64,000 bases of DNA from Rhodocyclaceae bacterium. Its GTDB lineage: Bacteria; Pseudomonadota; Gammaproteobacteria; Burkholderiales; Rhodocyclaceae. Under the pieces are notes generated by a model. That model saw nothing but the letters and a program-made list of their open reading frames with translations. It ran no database searches and was not told the DNA's origin. Below are positions 9,477-18,375 of the stretch, piece by piece. Where the stretch lies: positions 1,538,032-1,602,031 of the forward strand of contig JADJEF010000020.1 of assembly GCA_016702335.1 (NCBI GenBank), in the 5' to 3' direction. The position numbers and the translations under genes are program-made. The stretch's first letter is position 1. Each line of letters opens with the position of its first letter.

Positions 9477-10091
9477 ATGAAACTCAAGCTCAATGCCCTG
9501 CTCGTCGTTGCATCAATCACCTTTGCCGGTTCCTCGGCGTTTGCCCAAGCAAGTTCGTGGAAGGACTCGTACGGGCACGAGAGCGGCGGTCGCTACGCGC
9601 AAGCCGCAGAAGCCATGGAGCAGGTGCTGCGCGAAGCGCCAGGGCACAGTTTTGCCCTGATGCGCCGCGGCTGGCTCAACTACCTGCAGGGCCGCCATGC
9701 CGAGGCGCTGCGCGACTATGACAACGTGCTCTTGCGCAACCCTAATGCACTGGAAGCGCGCCTGGGGATCACCTTGCCGCTGATGGCGCAAAAACGTTGG
9801 CCCGAAGCCGCCGCCGAGGCGCGCAAGGTGCTGGCCGTGAATGCCTGGGACTACACCGCGCACACGCGTCTGCTGGCCTGCGAAGAAGCCGAGCGGCAGT
9901 GGGACGAACTGGCCCGGCACGCCAATGCCCTGGCCGTGCGCTACCCCTCGGATGCCACGGTGCTGGTGTATCTGGCCCGCGCCGAATTGGCGCGCGGCAA
10001 CGCGAAGGGCGCGCGCAGCGCCTACGCGCAGGTGCTCGAGCGCGCCCCGACGAATGCCGAGGCCTTGGGCTATTTCAGCAAAAGCACCTAG
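9477..10091 (+). CDS. secreted TPR-repeat protein
   Basis: Signal peptide MKLKLNALLVVASITFAGSSAFA. TPR-like repeats (ALMRRGWLNYLQGRHAEALRDYDNVL...). RBS ggagaa. Lies 12 bp after the M23 gene. Confidence 0.7.
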   Translation: MKLKLNALLVVASITFAGSSAFAQASSWKDSYGHESGGRYAQAAEAMEQVLREAPGHSFALMRRGWLNYLQGRHAEALRDYDNVLLRNPNALEARLGITLPLMAQKRWPEAAAEARKVLAVNAWDYTAHTRLLACEEAERQWDELARHANALAVRYPSDATVLVYLARAELARGNAKGARSAYAQVLERAPTNAEALGYFSKST

Positions 10092-10197
10092 CCCCGAAAC
10101 TGCCGGACAGCCTCGACCTCAGAATCACTTCAACCATAGTCTGGTGCGGACTAAGGTTCGAGCTCAGGCAGTCGGGATTGCAGCGAAAGCCTATGCG

Positions 10198-10770
10198 CTA
10201 CCGACGGAACATTGGCAACGGATTGAGCGGGTGTCTGAACAGCCATTTTGTACCAAGCCGCAACAGCTGCATGTGAAATCCGGCGTTGGGGAACGCCGCT
10301 TTGGTCTGGGCAATTAAAGCGGCAGGAATTCCAATTGCCACCACGCCAAGGGAAAAGTCAGCGATGTCAGCACGACGGAAAGCCTCGACGAGAGCAAATG
10401 AGGAGTCCTTGCATGAGCAGATGCAATGATGCATTGCGATCATTTCGGTGATCTCCGCATTCCAGGCCCCCAGTCCTTTCTCATTCAGGTACCTGGATGC
10501 CTCCGACTCTGAAGGAGGCAAATAGTCCAATGTGCCAGCTGTCCAGATGCCGATGTCATGGAAGCAGCCCGCGAGTTGGATTTTCTCTTTCTCTATGGCG
10601 GAGAACTGACCGAGAGAGAAGCACAGATTGATGACTCGGTAGACGTGATTTCGATAGGCATCGAAGTCGCCACCGATACACGCTTTGTACTCACTGAGAA
10701 TCTCTTCAATCAGCGGCAACTGCTTTTCAATAGTCATTAGCACAGTCCATTCTTTGGTCGGTGGGTTCAC
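10198..10770 (-). CDS. HD-domain phosphohydrolase-like protein, in a lower-GC segment
   Basis: CFHDIGIW (HD motif). About 190 aa. Local GC is visibly lower than the surroundings. The start is uncertain (10770 or 10737). Confidence 0.55.
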   Translation of the reverse strand: MNPPTKEWTVLMTIEKQLPLIEEILSEYKACIGGDFDAYRNHVYRVINLCFSLGQFSAIEKEKIQLAGCFHDIGIWTAGTLDYLPPSESEASRYLNEKGLGAWNAEITEMIAMHHCICSCKDSSFALVEAFRRADIADFSLGVVAIGIPAALIAQTKAAFPNAGFHMQLLRLGTKWLFRHPLNPLPMFRR

Positions 10771-10861
10771 TGATCAAGTGAAAAAGTGAAATGTGATGAT
10801 GATGCCGTCTGAAGTGAAAAGTGTCAGCAGAGAAACGCCCACGGTCCTCTTCCGAAGGATC

Positions 10862-11275
10862 TCACGCGGTAAGCTGACGCTTGACATCCCCCATGTCGAA
10901 ATGCGCGCGCTTCTCGACAATCTTCCCATCCTTGATCGTCAGCATGTGCAGTAAAGAAATGCGGATATCCCTTCCGGTCGGCGGGATGCCCAAGGACTCG
11001 GCGCAATGGTTCTTGCCCTCGAAATACATGTACGCGGCGACCTTGTCGCCTTCGGCAATCAACGTGACGACAGGAAACTGGAAGCTTTCAAACGCCTCGA
11101 ACGACTTTTTCTCCGATTCGACCAAACCGGCAACGCCCGGGAAGGGCGTGTCGACCTGAGGGTAAAAAACGAAATCCTCATGCACCATGTTGCTCAGCGC
11201 GTCGAACTCCAATCGCTCGATGGCCTCATAAAAACGCTTCACCAATTCCTTGTTCGCTTCAATCGACATTTTCAT
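10862..11275 (-). CDS. SnoaL-like / NTF2-fold ester cyclase family protein
   Basis: 137 aa beginning MKMSIEANKELVKRFYEAIE. RBS aaggaga upstream. The longer ORF extending to 11620 is rejected. Lower GC. Confidence 0.65.
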   Translation of the reverse strand: MKMSIEANKELVKRFYEAIERLEFDALSNMVHEDFVFYPQVDTPFPGVAGLVESEKKSFEAFESFQFPVVTLIAEGDKVAAYMYFEGKNHCAESLGIPPTGRDIRISLLHMLTIKDGKIVEKRAHFDMGDVKRQLTA

Positions 11276-11312
11276 TCTCCTTGTGGGGTATTCGCCTGAG
11301 TCAGGCCGCGAT

Positions 11313-12239
11313 TCAGAAGCGATAGCTCTGGCCGTCGTTGGGCACCAGCACGCGCCGCTTATCCAGCTTCTGCTCATCGATGAAGGCGCGCAGTTCCTGG
11401 CGCGTGAGCATGGCGTGATTGACCGATTCCATGTGCACGCCGACGATGCTTGCCTTGGGTGAGAAGCGGTAGGCGCGCGCCACATCGTCCTTGCCCATGA
11501 TGATGGAGCCATCGAAGCCGCTGATCTGCGCGTAGCCAGTGTTGAGGAACACCACATCGGGTTGATAAGCGGCAAGCGCGTCTTCAACATTCTGGTTCCA
11601 GACCGTGTCGCCGGCGACATAGGCGGTGGGATGATTCGGGCGCTGGAACACGATGCCCATCACGTCGCCGAGCAGCTCGGCCACCTGGGGCACGGCAAAG
11701 AAATGGTTGCTGCCGTGCTTGCCCAGCGTTTTGATCAGGCGGGTGCCCTTGAACTCAAGGCCCGCTTCCGTCAGTACGCGCACATCGCTGAAGCCATCTT
11801 CGCGTACCTTGGCCGCGTCCTTTTCGTCCTGGGTGAAGATGGTCATTTCGCGCGGCACCAGAAAGCGCGCGACGGGGTCCCAGTGGTCCTCGTGAATGTG
11901 ACTCAGGATGATCGCGTCGGTTTTGAGCACCTCGGTAATCGGCACCGGCAAATTGACCAGCGGGTTGCGTAGCTCGCTGCGCGGCGTGCCCTCAAAGCCT
12001 TTGTAGGCACCTTTGACGGCCAGCATGGGGTCGATCAGAAAAGTGGTGCCGGCATAGGTAAGTTTCATTGTGGCATTGCGGATCAACTGGAAGCCCACCT
12101 GCTTGGACGCCGCCTTCGCCTTGCCAGGGTGGGCGTGGCCGGTTTCATGCGCTTGAACCGTGCCGACGGTGCCGGCGGCGGCGAGCAGCAAGGCGCACAT
12201 CAGGCCGCAGGTAGTGCGCAATAGCGTGGTTGATTTCAT
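11313..12239 (-). CDS. secreted MBL-fold metallo-hydrolase
   Basis: Signal peptide MKSTTLLRTTCGLMCALLLAAAG. MBL motifs (HIHEDHWD). The upstream in-frame extension is rejected. Confidence 0.75.
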   Translation of the reverse strand: MKSTTLLRTTCGLMCALLLAAAGTVGTVQAHETGHAHPGKAKAASKQVGFQLIRNATMKLTYAGTTFLIDPMLAVKGAYKGFEGTPRSELRNPLVNLPVPITEVLKTDAIILSHIHEDHWDPVARFLVPREMTIFTQDEKDAAKVREDGFSDVRVLTEAGLEFKGTRLIKTLGKHGSNHFFAVPQVAELLGDVMGIVFQRPNHPTAYVAGDTVWNQNVEDALAAYQPDVVFLNTGYAQISGFDGSIIMGKDDVARAYRFSPKASIVGVHMESVNHAMLTRQELRAFIDEQKLDKRRVLVPNDGQSYRF

Positions 12240-12398
12240 TTTGTTTTTTCCTTTTCGTGAGGTGGGGAAAATGGAGCCGAGGGGTCTCGGTGAAGCGGTG
12301 ATCGAATTTTCACCAAAGGATGAAAATCTCACCATTGGCCCGAATGACTATCAGCGATACAATCGGGCCATAGTGCTTGCTCTGCATTGGGAGGTGTC

Positions 12399-13388
12399 AT
12401 GCAGCCCGTCCGTGTCGCAGTCCTCGCCTTCGAAGGCGTCAGCCTGTTTCATCTCTCGGTGCCCGGCATTGTGTTCGGCGTCGAGCCCAGGCCAAGCGGC
12501 CTGCCACCGTACGACGTGCGCTATTGCACGCCCACACCCGGCCGCGTCCGCAGTGATCAGGGGATTGAGATCGAAGTGCCCGACGGCCTGGAACTAATGA
12601 CCAGGGCCGACATCGTCGTCGTCCCGGCCTGGAGTCACCCGGAGCACAGCGCTCCGCTGGCCTTGACCAAGGCGCTGCAAAAAGCCCATGCCCGTGGTGC
12701 GCAGGTGGTCGGCTTGTGTCTGGGTGCTTTCGTGCTGGGCGATGCGGGTCTGCTCGATGGGCACCGCGCGACCACCCATTGGGCCGCCCGTGAGCTTTTC
12801 GCCCGGCGCTTTCCCAAGGCCGACTACCACCCCCACGTGCTGTATGTCGACGACGGCAATGTCATTACGTCGGCCGGGACCGTCGCCGCGATCGATTGCT
12901 GCCTGAACCTCATCCGCCAACGCCACGGGGCCGATGTGGCCAATCGCGTCGCGCGAATGCTGGTGACGCCGCCGCACCGCCAGGGCGGACAAGCGCAATA
13001 CATCGAACAGCCCGTGCCCATCCTGCCCAGCGAGAGCCGCCTGCCGAACGTGCTGGACTGGGCGCGGGAACATCTGTCCGAGCCACTGTCTGTGGATACG
13101 CTGGCCGACATCGCGCGTATGAGTCGACGCACCTTTACCCGACGTTTTCGTGAAGCTACCGGCACGACCGTGATCAAGTGGCTGGCCCTGGCGCGTATCG
13201 CAAGAGCGCAGCAATTACTGGAGACAACGGATATGCCGATTGAGCGGGTGGCGGCAGAAGTAGGCTTTGGGTCAGCGCTGTCGCTGCGCCAATATTTTTC
13301 GGGCCAGGTGGGTACTTCGCCGTCGTTGTATCGGCGGACCTTCCGCGATGGTCGGCGGGGAACCGGTGAGTCTCAACGTCCGACTTGA
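12399..13388 (+). CDS. GlxA-family transcriptional regulator (DJ-1/PfpI domain + AraC HTH)
   Basis: RBS gggagg precedes the ATG. DJ-1-like N-terminus (VAVLAFEGVSLFHLSVP). C-terminal AraC HTH (RRFREATGTTVIKWLALARIARAQQLL). Divergent from the MBL hydrolase gene. Confidence 0.8.
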   Translation: MQPVRVAVLAFEGVSLFHLSVPGIVFGVEPRPSGLPPYDVRYCTPTPGRVRSDQGIEIEVPDGLELMTRADIVVVPAWSHPEHSAPLALTKALQKAHARGAQVVGLCLGAFVLGDAGLLDGHRATTHWAARELFARRFPKADYHPHVLYVDDGNVITSAGTVAAIDCCLNLIRQRHGADVANRVARMLVTPPHRQGGQAQYIEQPVPILPSESRLPNVLDWAREHLSEPLSVDTLADIARMSRRTFTRRFREATGTTVIKWLALARIARAQQLLETTDMPIERVAAEVGFGSALSLRQYFSGQVGTSPSLYRRTFRDGRRGTGESQRPT

Positions 13389-13518
13389 TCTGCATGCCAG
13401 GATCTGCCATGTGGCCGGTCGCACCCACACAGCGATACGTCAGTAAGCACAAGTCGGCAAACAAAGCTGTTGCTGCCGCAAGCCTTGCGGATTAGCCGAT
13501 ATTGCATTCAATATCAGT

Positions 13519-13953
13519 ATGATAGCTCTCGATGCCAACGTTCTGGTGGCGGCCTTGCGTTCTACAACTGGATGTTCACGCGTTCTACTCAAGCGTGTGC
13601 TTTTGGGCGAGTTCTTGGCCGTTGTGTCGGTTCCGCTGTTTCTTGAGTACGAGGCGGTGCTGACTCGGTCCAAGCATCTGGCAGCGTTTCAACTTGCCGA
13701 GCAGGAGGTTGTCGAGTTTCTCGACGGTCCGGCCGGTCGGCTTGCGCCAGTTGAAATTTCCTACCTCTGGCGTCCGCAATTACGCGACGCCAGTGATGAG
13801 ATGGTGTTGGAAGCGGCTGCCAATGGCGCAGTCAGCCATCTGGTCACGTGGAACGGCAAAGACTTCCTGCCCGCGGCCGAAAAATTTGGAATCGCTGTAG
13901 TGACTCCGGCCGCATTTATAGCGGCCCATCTACCAACTCGACAGAAGGAGTGA
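13519..13953 (+). CDS. PIN-domain protein (putative toxin), paralog of 52831..53256
   Basis: MIALDANVLVAALRS...; the acidic residues are typical of PIN. Clear paralogy to the second PIN gene in the window. Confidence 0.75.
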   Translation: MIALDANVLVAALRSTTGCSRVLLKRVLLGEFLAVVSVPLFLEYEAVLTRSKHLAAFQLAEQEVVEFLDGPAGRLAPVEISYLWRPQLRDASDEMVLEAAANGAVSHLVTWNGKDFLPAAEKFGIAVVTPAAFIAAHLPTRQKE

Positions 13954-13957
13954 TCCG

Positions 13958-14191
13958 ATGCGTACCAATAACTTTGCCTTGCGTTTGCCTAACTCGCTGA
14001 TGGCCACCCTTCGGCAGGCCGCTGAAGATGATGGTGTCGCCATGAATCAGTACATCACCGTTGCCCTCGCGGAAAAACTGGCCACTCGCAAGACGGCCCT
14101 GCAGTTTCTGGCAGAGCGTGCTCAGCACAGCAGTCCGGCCCGCGCACTGGAAATCCTGGAGCGCGCCGGCAGGGCGGTTGACGAGGTTTGA
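13958..14191 (+). CDS. small DNA-binding (RHH/Arc-like) putative antitoxin, paralog of 52595..52834
   Basis: 77 aa. ALRLPNSLMATLRQAAEDDGVAMNQYITVALAEKLA aligns with LTIRLPDSVHLRIKELAARDGVSVNQFIASAAAEKMA of the second pair. Lies 5 bp after the PIN gene. Confidence 0.6.
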   Translation: MRTNNFALRLPNSLMATLRQAAEDDGVAMNQYITVALAEKLATRKTALQFLAERAQHSSPARALEILERAGRAVDEV

Positions 14192-14508
14192 TGTCCCGCC
14201 ACCGCTTGCCTGGCTCACGGATAGATTGATACCACGATGGTGAATCGCGCCCGCTGGTTCTGGGAGGAGGTTCTTCGCCATCGATTGGCCAGATGGTAAA
14301 TCTGGCCTTCCAGTGGCATTTCGCGCGCAATGCCCTCAAGAACCTCAATGTGATCATGGATCTGCCCTGTGATGGTCTGGCCGATGGGCAGCCAGTCAAA
14401 CGCGAAACATTCGCTGCAATGACGAGCGCGCCGAGCAATCCGGTGATCAGAGTGAAGGCCCAGGCAGTCATCGCACCACACGCCAGCGGATGGAGTCAGG
14501 TGCGCGGC

Positions 14509-15015
14509 TCAATGGCGCGCCTGCAGGTGCAGCCATAGCTGCGCATCGAAAGGCACCTTGCGTGCACCGGCATGAGGGCTTGATGCAACCCGATCCGCCG
14601 ACCCGAACAGGACTTTCTCATACGATAGTTTGGCCAGCGCGAAGGGCGAGTTGGCAAACGGAACGGCCAGACGGTGCAACAGCGCCGGGTCAAGCAGCAC
14701 TTGCGCGGCCATTTGGCTGCCGGACAGGTGCGTGGGTTTTGCTAACGCGGTATCGGCCATGTGTTGCGACAACCAAGGATAGTTGACCGCCCTGCCGAGC
14801 CCAAGCGTCATCGGCTGTTCCGCATCGGATGCGTGTGCACTTAACCAGTCGGCGACCAGACGCTGATAGGTAACTTCATCGATGGTGCATGCCGTAAAGG
14901 CATCGGTGTGAGGACGCAGGATCGCACCCGAGTTGTGGTCCTCGATCCAGGGCGTGCATGCCAGCACCGGCGGGCTGAGGGCGAGGAAGACGAGGGGAAG
15001 AATGCGCCAGGTCAT
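14509..15015 (-). CDS. hypothetical secreted protein
   Basis: Signal-peptide-like N-terminus MTWRILPLVFLALSPPVLA. No recognisable domain. The upstream extension to 15126 is rejected. Confidence 0.4.
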   Translation of the reverse strand: MTWRILPLVFLALSPPVLACTPWIEDHNSGAILRPHTDAFTACTIDEVTYQRLVADWLSAHASDAEQPMTLGLGRAVNYPWLSQHMADTALAKPTHLSGSQMAAQVLLDPALLHRLAVPFANSPFALAKLSYEKVLFGSADRVASSPHAGARKVPFDAQLWLHLQARH

Positions 15016-15120
15016 GCCTAAAGGAAGTGAAGAAGAATCAGCATGCCCGTATTGTGCGCGCCGACAGCGGCCTTGAACAAGACGGGTTTGCTTGGGCGTG
15101 GCTCCGGATGGCCGGCCAGC

Positions 15121-15158
15121 GCGCAAATCGCCGTGTCACCAGCGCCGACTTGCGGAAA
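15121..15158 (+). repeat. dispersed element copy 2 (nearly identical to copy 1 over ~40 bp)
   Basis: gcgcaaatCGCCGTgtcaCCAGCGCCGACTTGCGGaaaa. Intergenic, between two minus-strand genes. Confidence 0.85.
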
Positions 15159-15185
15159 ATGCATGGACATCCGCGCCAAGCACCG

Positions 15186-15881
15186 TCAGCCAGCGCTCCC
15201 CACGTGCACCAGCTCATCGCGCCACTGATCCCAGGTCACGCCTTTGCCCGTGGTATCGCGGTAGTCATGGCGCACCGAGCGGCCTACGCTCGGCGCATAC
15301 CAATAGGTTTCGCTGATGCGGCCCTGCCAGCGATAGCGGCCATCGGTCGCCTCGTAGCGCCCCTCGTGCTCGATGCGCAGCGCCTCGAAACGTCCGGCCG
15401 GCGTGCTCACCGCTTCGTAGCCAACGACACGCGCGGTCTGGTTCACGCTGACCGGGTTCTTGCCCGCGTAGTCATAGCGAAACGACCACGACTGCCCGAT
15501 GACGAGCGGAAAGCGCAGCGGCTCGTAGCGTCCGCGCAGCTTGGCGTCGGCAAAGGCCTGCGTGGCCGCTTCCATCTGCTCGTCGGTCACACTGCCCTGA
15601 CGCGTACTGTCCTCGGAGGATTCGATGGTCCAACGCACCGTCCATTGGCCCTGCTGCTCGGACACCAGCTGTTGGGAAAAGCGTTCGATCTCCTGGTTGC
15701 GCCACTGGTCAATACGCCGGTAGGTCAGGATTTGCCCGGCACGCAGCGTCGGCAAGGCGGCGAGATTGGCGGCCTGGGCGGTGGTGAGCTTCGGCTTGCT
15801 CGGCGCGTTGCGTGTGGGTGGCGCGGCGCACCCCGTGGCCAGACTCAGGAAGGTCAGTGACAGAAAAAAGTGCTTGCTCAT
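15186..15881 (-). CDS. hypothetical lipoprotein
   Basis: Lipobox (LSLATGC) after MSKHFFLSLTF. 232 aa. Sits 15 bp downstream of the DUF1566 gene. Confidence 0.55.
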   Translation of the reverse strand: MSKHFFLSLTFLSLATGCAAPPTRNAPSKPKLTTAQAANLAALPTLRAGQILTYRRIDQWRNQEIERFSQQLVSEQQGQWTVRWTIESSEDSTRQGSVTDEQMEAATQAFADAKLRGRYEPLRFPLVIGQSWSFRYDYAGKNPVSVNQTARVVGYEAVSTPAGRFEALRIEHEGRYEATDGRYRWQGRISETYWYAPSVGRSVRHDYRDTTGKGVTWDQWRDELVHVGSAG

Positions 15882-15895
15882 GGTCGTTCGCTGGC

Positions 15896-17131
15896 TCACT
15901 TCACCTCCCGCACCAGACGCACCAGGTTGGCCATGCGCCGCACATCGCCCTGCGGCCCCATGCCAGTGGGGTAGTCGGCAGCATTTCCCACTTTGGGGTC
16001 GCTGCGTTGTGCGCCGGCGCCATGCACGTCAATGAGCGTCGGCTGGGTGCCGGAGCGGGGAAAGCGCATGAAGCCAAGCGCGTCACCAAAGGCCACATAA
16101 ACCGCCGCGCTGCCGGGACGGGCGCCGTCGAAGTGCGAGGTACTGCTCCAGTAGAAGCCGTAGTTGCTCTGCCCGCCTTCATCGACGATGGCTGTGGCCT
16201 TGAACAGCGGATCGATGGCGGCACTGCCCGTGGTCTGCGGCGAGCGCTGGTAGTCGACGATGCTTTGCAGCTCCTTGGCATTGGGCAGGCGCCAGTCGGT
16301 GTGGCCGGCATAGCTCAGCCCTTGCGCCCACGCCAGGGCCTGGGGCCAATCCATGCGCCCGTCACGGCTCGGCCCGGCCTTGAGATGGCCGCTGTCTTCC
16401 TGCATCCACATCAGGCCGGTGGCGTGATCAGTGAGGGTGCCATCACCATTGGCGCGAAACTGGTTTTGCCCATAGCGGCTGTCGCCGCGGACATAACGCA
16501 CAAACAGTCGTTGCTCGCCGCCGCCGGGTTTGACGCTCGGGTAGGCCTTGATCCGGCCATCGGCGAAATTGACCCCGAAGATCATGTCGCGGCGGTTCAT
16601 GGCGCGGCCGACGTACGGCGTTGCGCTCCAGAACTGCACGTCGATCGGACGCTCGCCCGCGCTGGCGTCGCCATAGCGGAAGGAGAACAGCGGCGACAAA
16701 AACGCCTTGCCCGAGCGCCCCGGCATGGGCGTGCTGCCGGAAAAATCCATCAGCGAGTACAGCTCCTTGAGGGTGGGCAGACGCCAGTCGGTGTGGCCGG
16801 CCAGCGCCAGCGCCGCGGCACCGTCACCAGCGCCGGCACGCGCCTGCGCCCAGGTCACTTTGGCCGGCAGGACCTGCTGCCACATCAGGCCTGTGGTCAG
16901 GTCGCTCACCGTGCCATCGCCGTTGTCGCGATAACGCAGCTCCTGCGTGGCAAAAGCCGCATCTTGCCCGGCCAGGGGACCAACGCGTGCGCGGCAGGCC
17001 ATAACGGCGCCGGTGGTGTTGTGGCAAGTACGCTGGCCGGTGGGGGCCACGGGGTAAGAGCGTTCCACCGCGCCGGCCAGCGCGCTGAAAAATACCGCTA
17101 CGAGCGCCAGAGGCCAATGAATCGTGGGCAT
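15896..17131 (-). CDS. secreted DUF1566 (Lcl C-terminal-like) domain protein, two repeats
   Basis: Signal peptide MPTIHWPLALVAVFFSALAGA. Two copies of the HTDWRLP(T/N)xKEL motif. Confidence 0.65.
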   Translation of the reverse strand: MPTIHWPLALVAVFFSALAGAVERSYPVAPTGQRTCHNTTGAVMACRARVGPLAGQDAAFATQELRYRDNGDGTVSDLTTGLMWQQVLPAKVTWAQARAGAGDGAAALALAGHTDWRLPTLKELYSLMDFSGSTPMPGRSGKAFLSPLFSFRYGDASAGERPIDVQFWSATPYVGRAMNRRDMIFGVNFADGRIKAYPSVKPGGGEQRLFVRYVRGDSRYGQNQFRANGDGTLTDHATGLMWMQEDSGHLKAGPSRDGRMDWPQALAWAQGLSYAGHTDWRLPNAKELQSIVDYQRSPQTTGSAAIDPLFKATAIVDEGGQSNYGFYWSSTSHFDGARPGSAAVYVAFGDALGFMRFPRSGTQPTLIDVHGAGAQRSDPKVGNAADYPTGMGPQGDVRRMANLVRLVREVK

Positions 17132-17236
17132 GATGTGCACCTTGGAGAGTGTCGTGAAAGCGTGTGTGGCGATGGCCACAACGACATTCTTGTCCCCGCA
17201 GATGTCGGGGCAGCGCACCTGCGCATTACAGAGTTG

Positions 17237-17446
17237 TCATCTACCGTGGGCGCGTCTGGGCCCCGACGCGCGATGCGTCACCTCAGGCTTACCGCAGGCT
17301 GTAACACCCAAGGTGGCCAGCGCCAGCACCAGATCGCGGCCACCTTTGGCCAGCGTGACCACCAGAAAAAAACGCCCCAGTGGCTCACGCATGACGCCGG
17401 CAATCAGCGTCAGCGGATCGCCGACCACAGGCAGCCAGCTGAACAA
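17237..17446 (-). pseudogene. possible remnant of a DedA/YqaA-family membrane protein (C-terminal ~60 aa only)
   Basis: VVGDPLTLIAGVMREPLGRFFLVVTLAKGG resembles the DedA C-terminus. The N-terminal 100+ aa are absent upstream. Confidence 0.25.
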
Positions 17447-17571
17447 CAGGGACCAATGGCCATAGCGCGTGTAGCGGGTGCGCGCCGCGTCGCGGCCCCG
17501 AAGGCCGCGACGAACAAGTCCAGATAGGCGCTCAATGCCGGGGTGGGTTGCAGAAGAGCGTAGCGGGTGAC

Positions 17572-18375
17572 TTACAGATTGATGGTTTCGCCCACTTGCA
17601 TTTCCCGCATCGGCGTCTTGACCTTGCGCGCCTTGAGCTCGGCCGCGAGTTCTTCAGGCTTGCCGTGCAGCACGGGGTAGGTGCCGAAGTGCATCGGGAT
17701 CACCATCTTTTTAGGTTGCACCAGACTTGCGGCCACCGCCGCACGGGCAGGGCCCATGGTGAATTTGTCGCCGATGGTGGTCAGCATGACATCGACGGGG
17801 CGGAAGTTTTTGATCAGCGCCATATCGGTAAAGACATCGGTATCGCCGGTGTGATAAATGCTCGGCCCACCCTTGACCGAGACCAGGAAGCCGCCGGGGC
17901 TGCCGCCGGGTGCAATCTCCTTGCCATACGCGACTGCCGAGCTATGTACCGCAGGAATGAAAGCCACCTTGACCTCGCCCGCCAACAGGCTGAGCTCGCC
18001 GCCGAAGTTGCCGGTGTTGTCACGCGGAAACTGCGCTTCGGGAAAGTTTTGGTATTGCGTAATGGCCTTGCCCAGATCAAAGGTCGCCACCAGTTGTGCG
18101 CCGGTCTTTTGGGCGATCGCCACGGCATCGCCAATGTGGTCGTTGTGGCCGTGCGTGATCAGGATCAGGTCGGCTTTTTCGATTGTCGCCAGATCGGCCT
18201 CGCCGTTCTTGTTCGCCGGATTTTTGATCCATGGGTCGAGCAGCACCACCTTGCCCGCAGGCGTTTCGATCTTGAAGGCGGCATGGCCGTACCAGGTGAG
18301 CTTGCTCTGAGCGGCGGCGCTGCCAGCAATTAGCAGTGCGGCGCAAAACGAGACGGATTGCAGCAGGGTTTTCAT
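17572..18375 (-). CDS. secreted MBL-fold metallo-hydrolase (UPF0173-like)
   Basis: Signal peptide MKTLLQSVSFCAALLIAGSAAA. HGHNDHIGD motif. 267 aa. Confidence 0.8.
   Translation of the reverse strand: MKTLLQSVSFCAALLIAGSAAAQSKLTWYGHAAFKIETPAGKVVLLDPWIKNPANKNGEADLATIEKADLILITHGHNDHIGDAVAIAQKTGAQLVATFDLGKAITQYQNFPEAQFPRDNTGNFGGELSLLAGEVKVAFIPAVHSSAVAYGKEIAPGGSPGGFLVSVKGGPSIYHTGDTDVFTDMALIKNFRPVDVMLTTIGDKFTMGPARAAVAASLVQPKKMVIPMHFGTYPVLHGKPEELAAELKARKVKTPMREMQVGETINL

Noticed and set aside
10141-10197. tRNA-like impression (ggttcgagctc) downstream of the TPR gene
   Set aside because: No acceptor stem or anticodon arm can be folded around it by eye. No CCA or T-loop consensus.
14055-14481. Minus-strand ORFs between the antitoxin gene and the 14509..15015 gene
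   Set aside because: They overlap the antitoxin gene on the opposite strand. No RBS or recognisable domain. Composition-driven ORFs.
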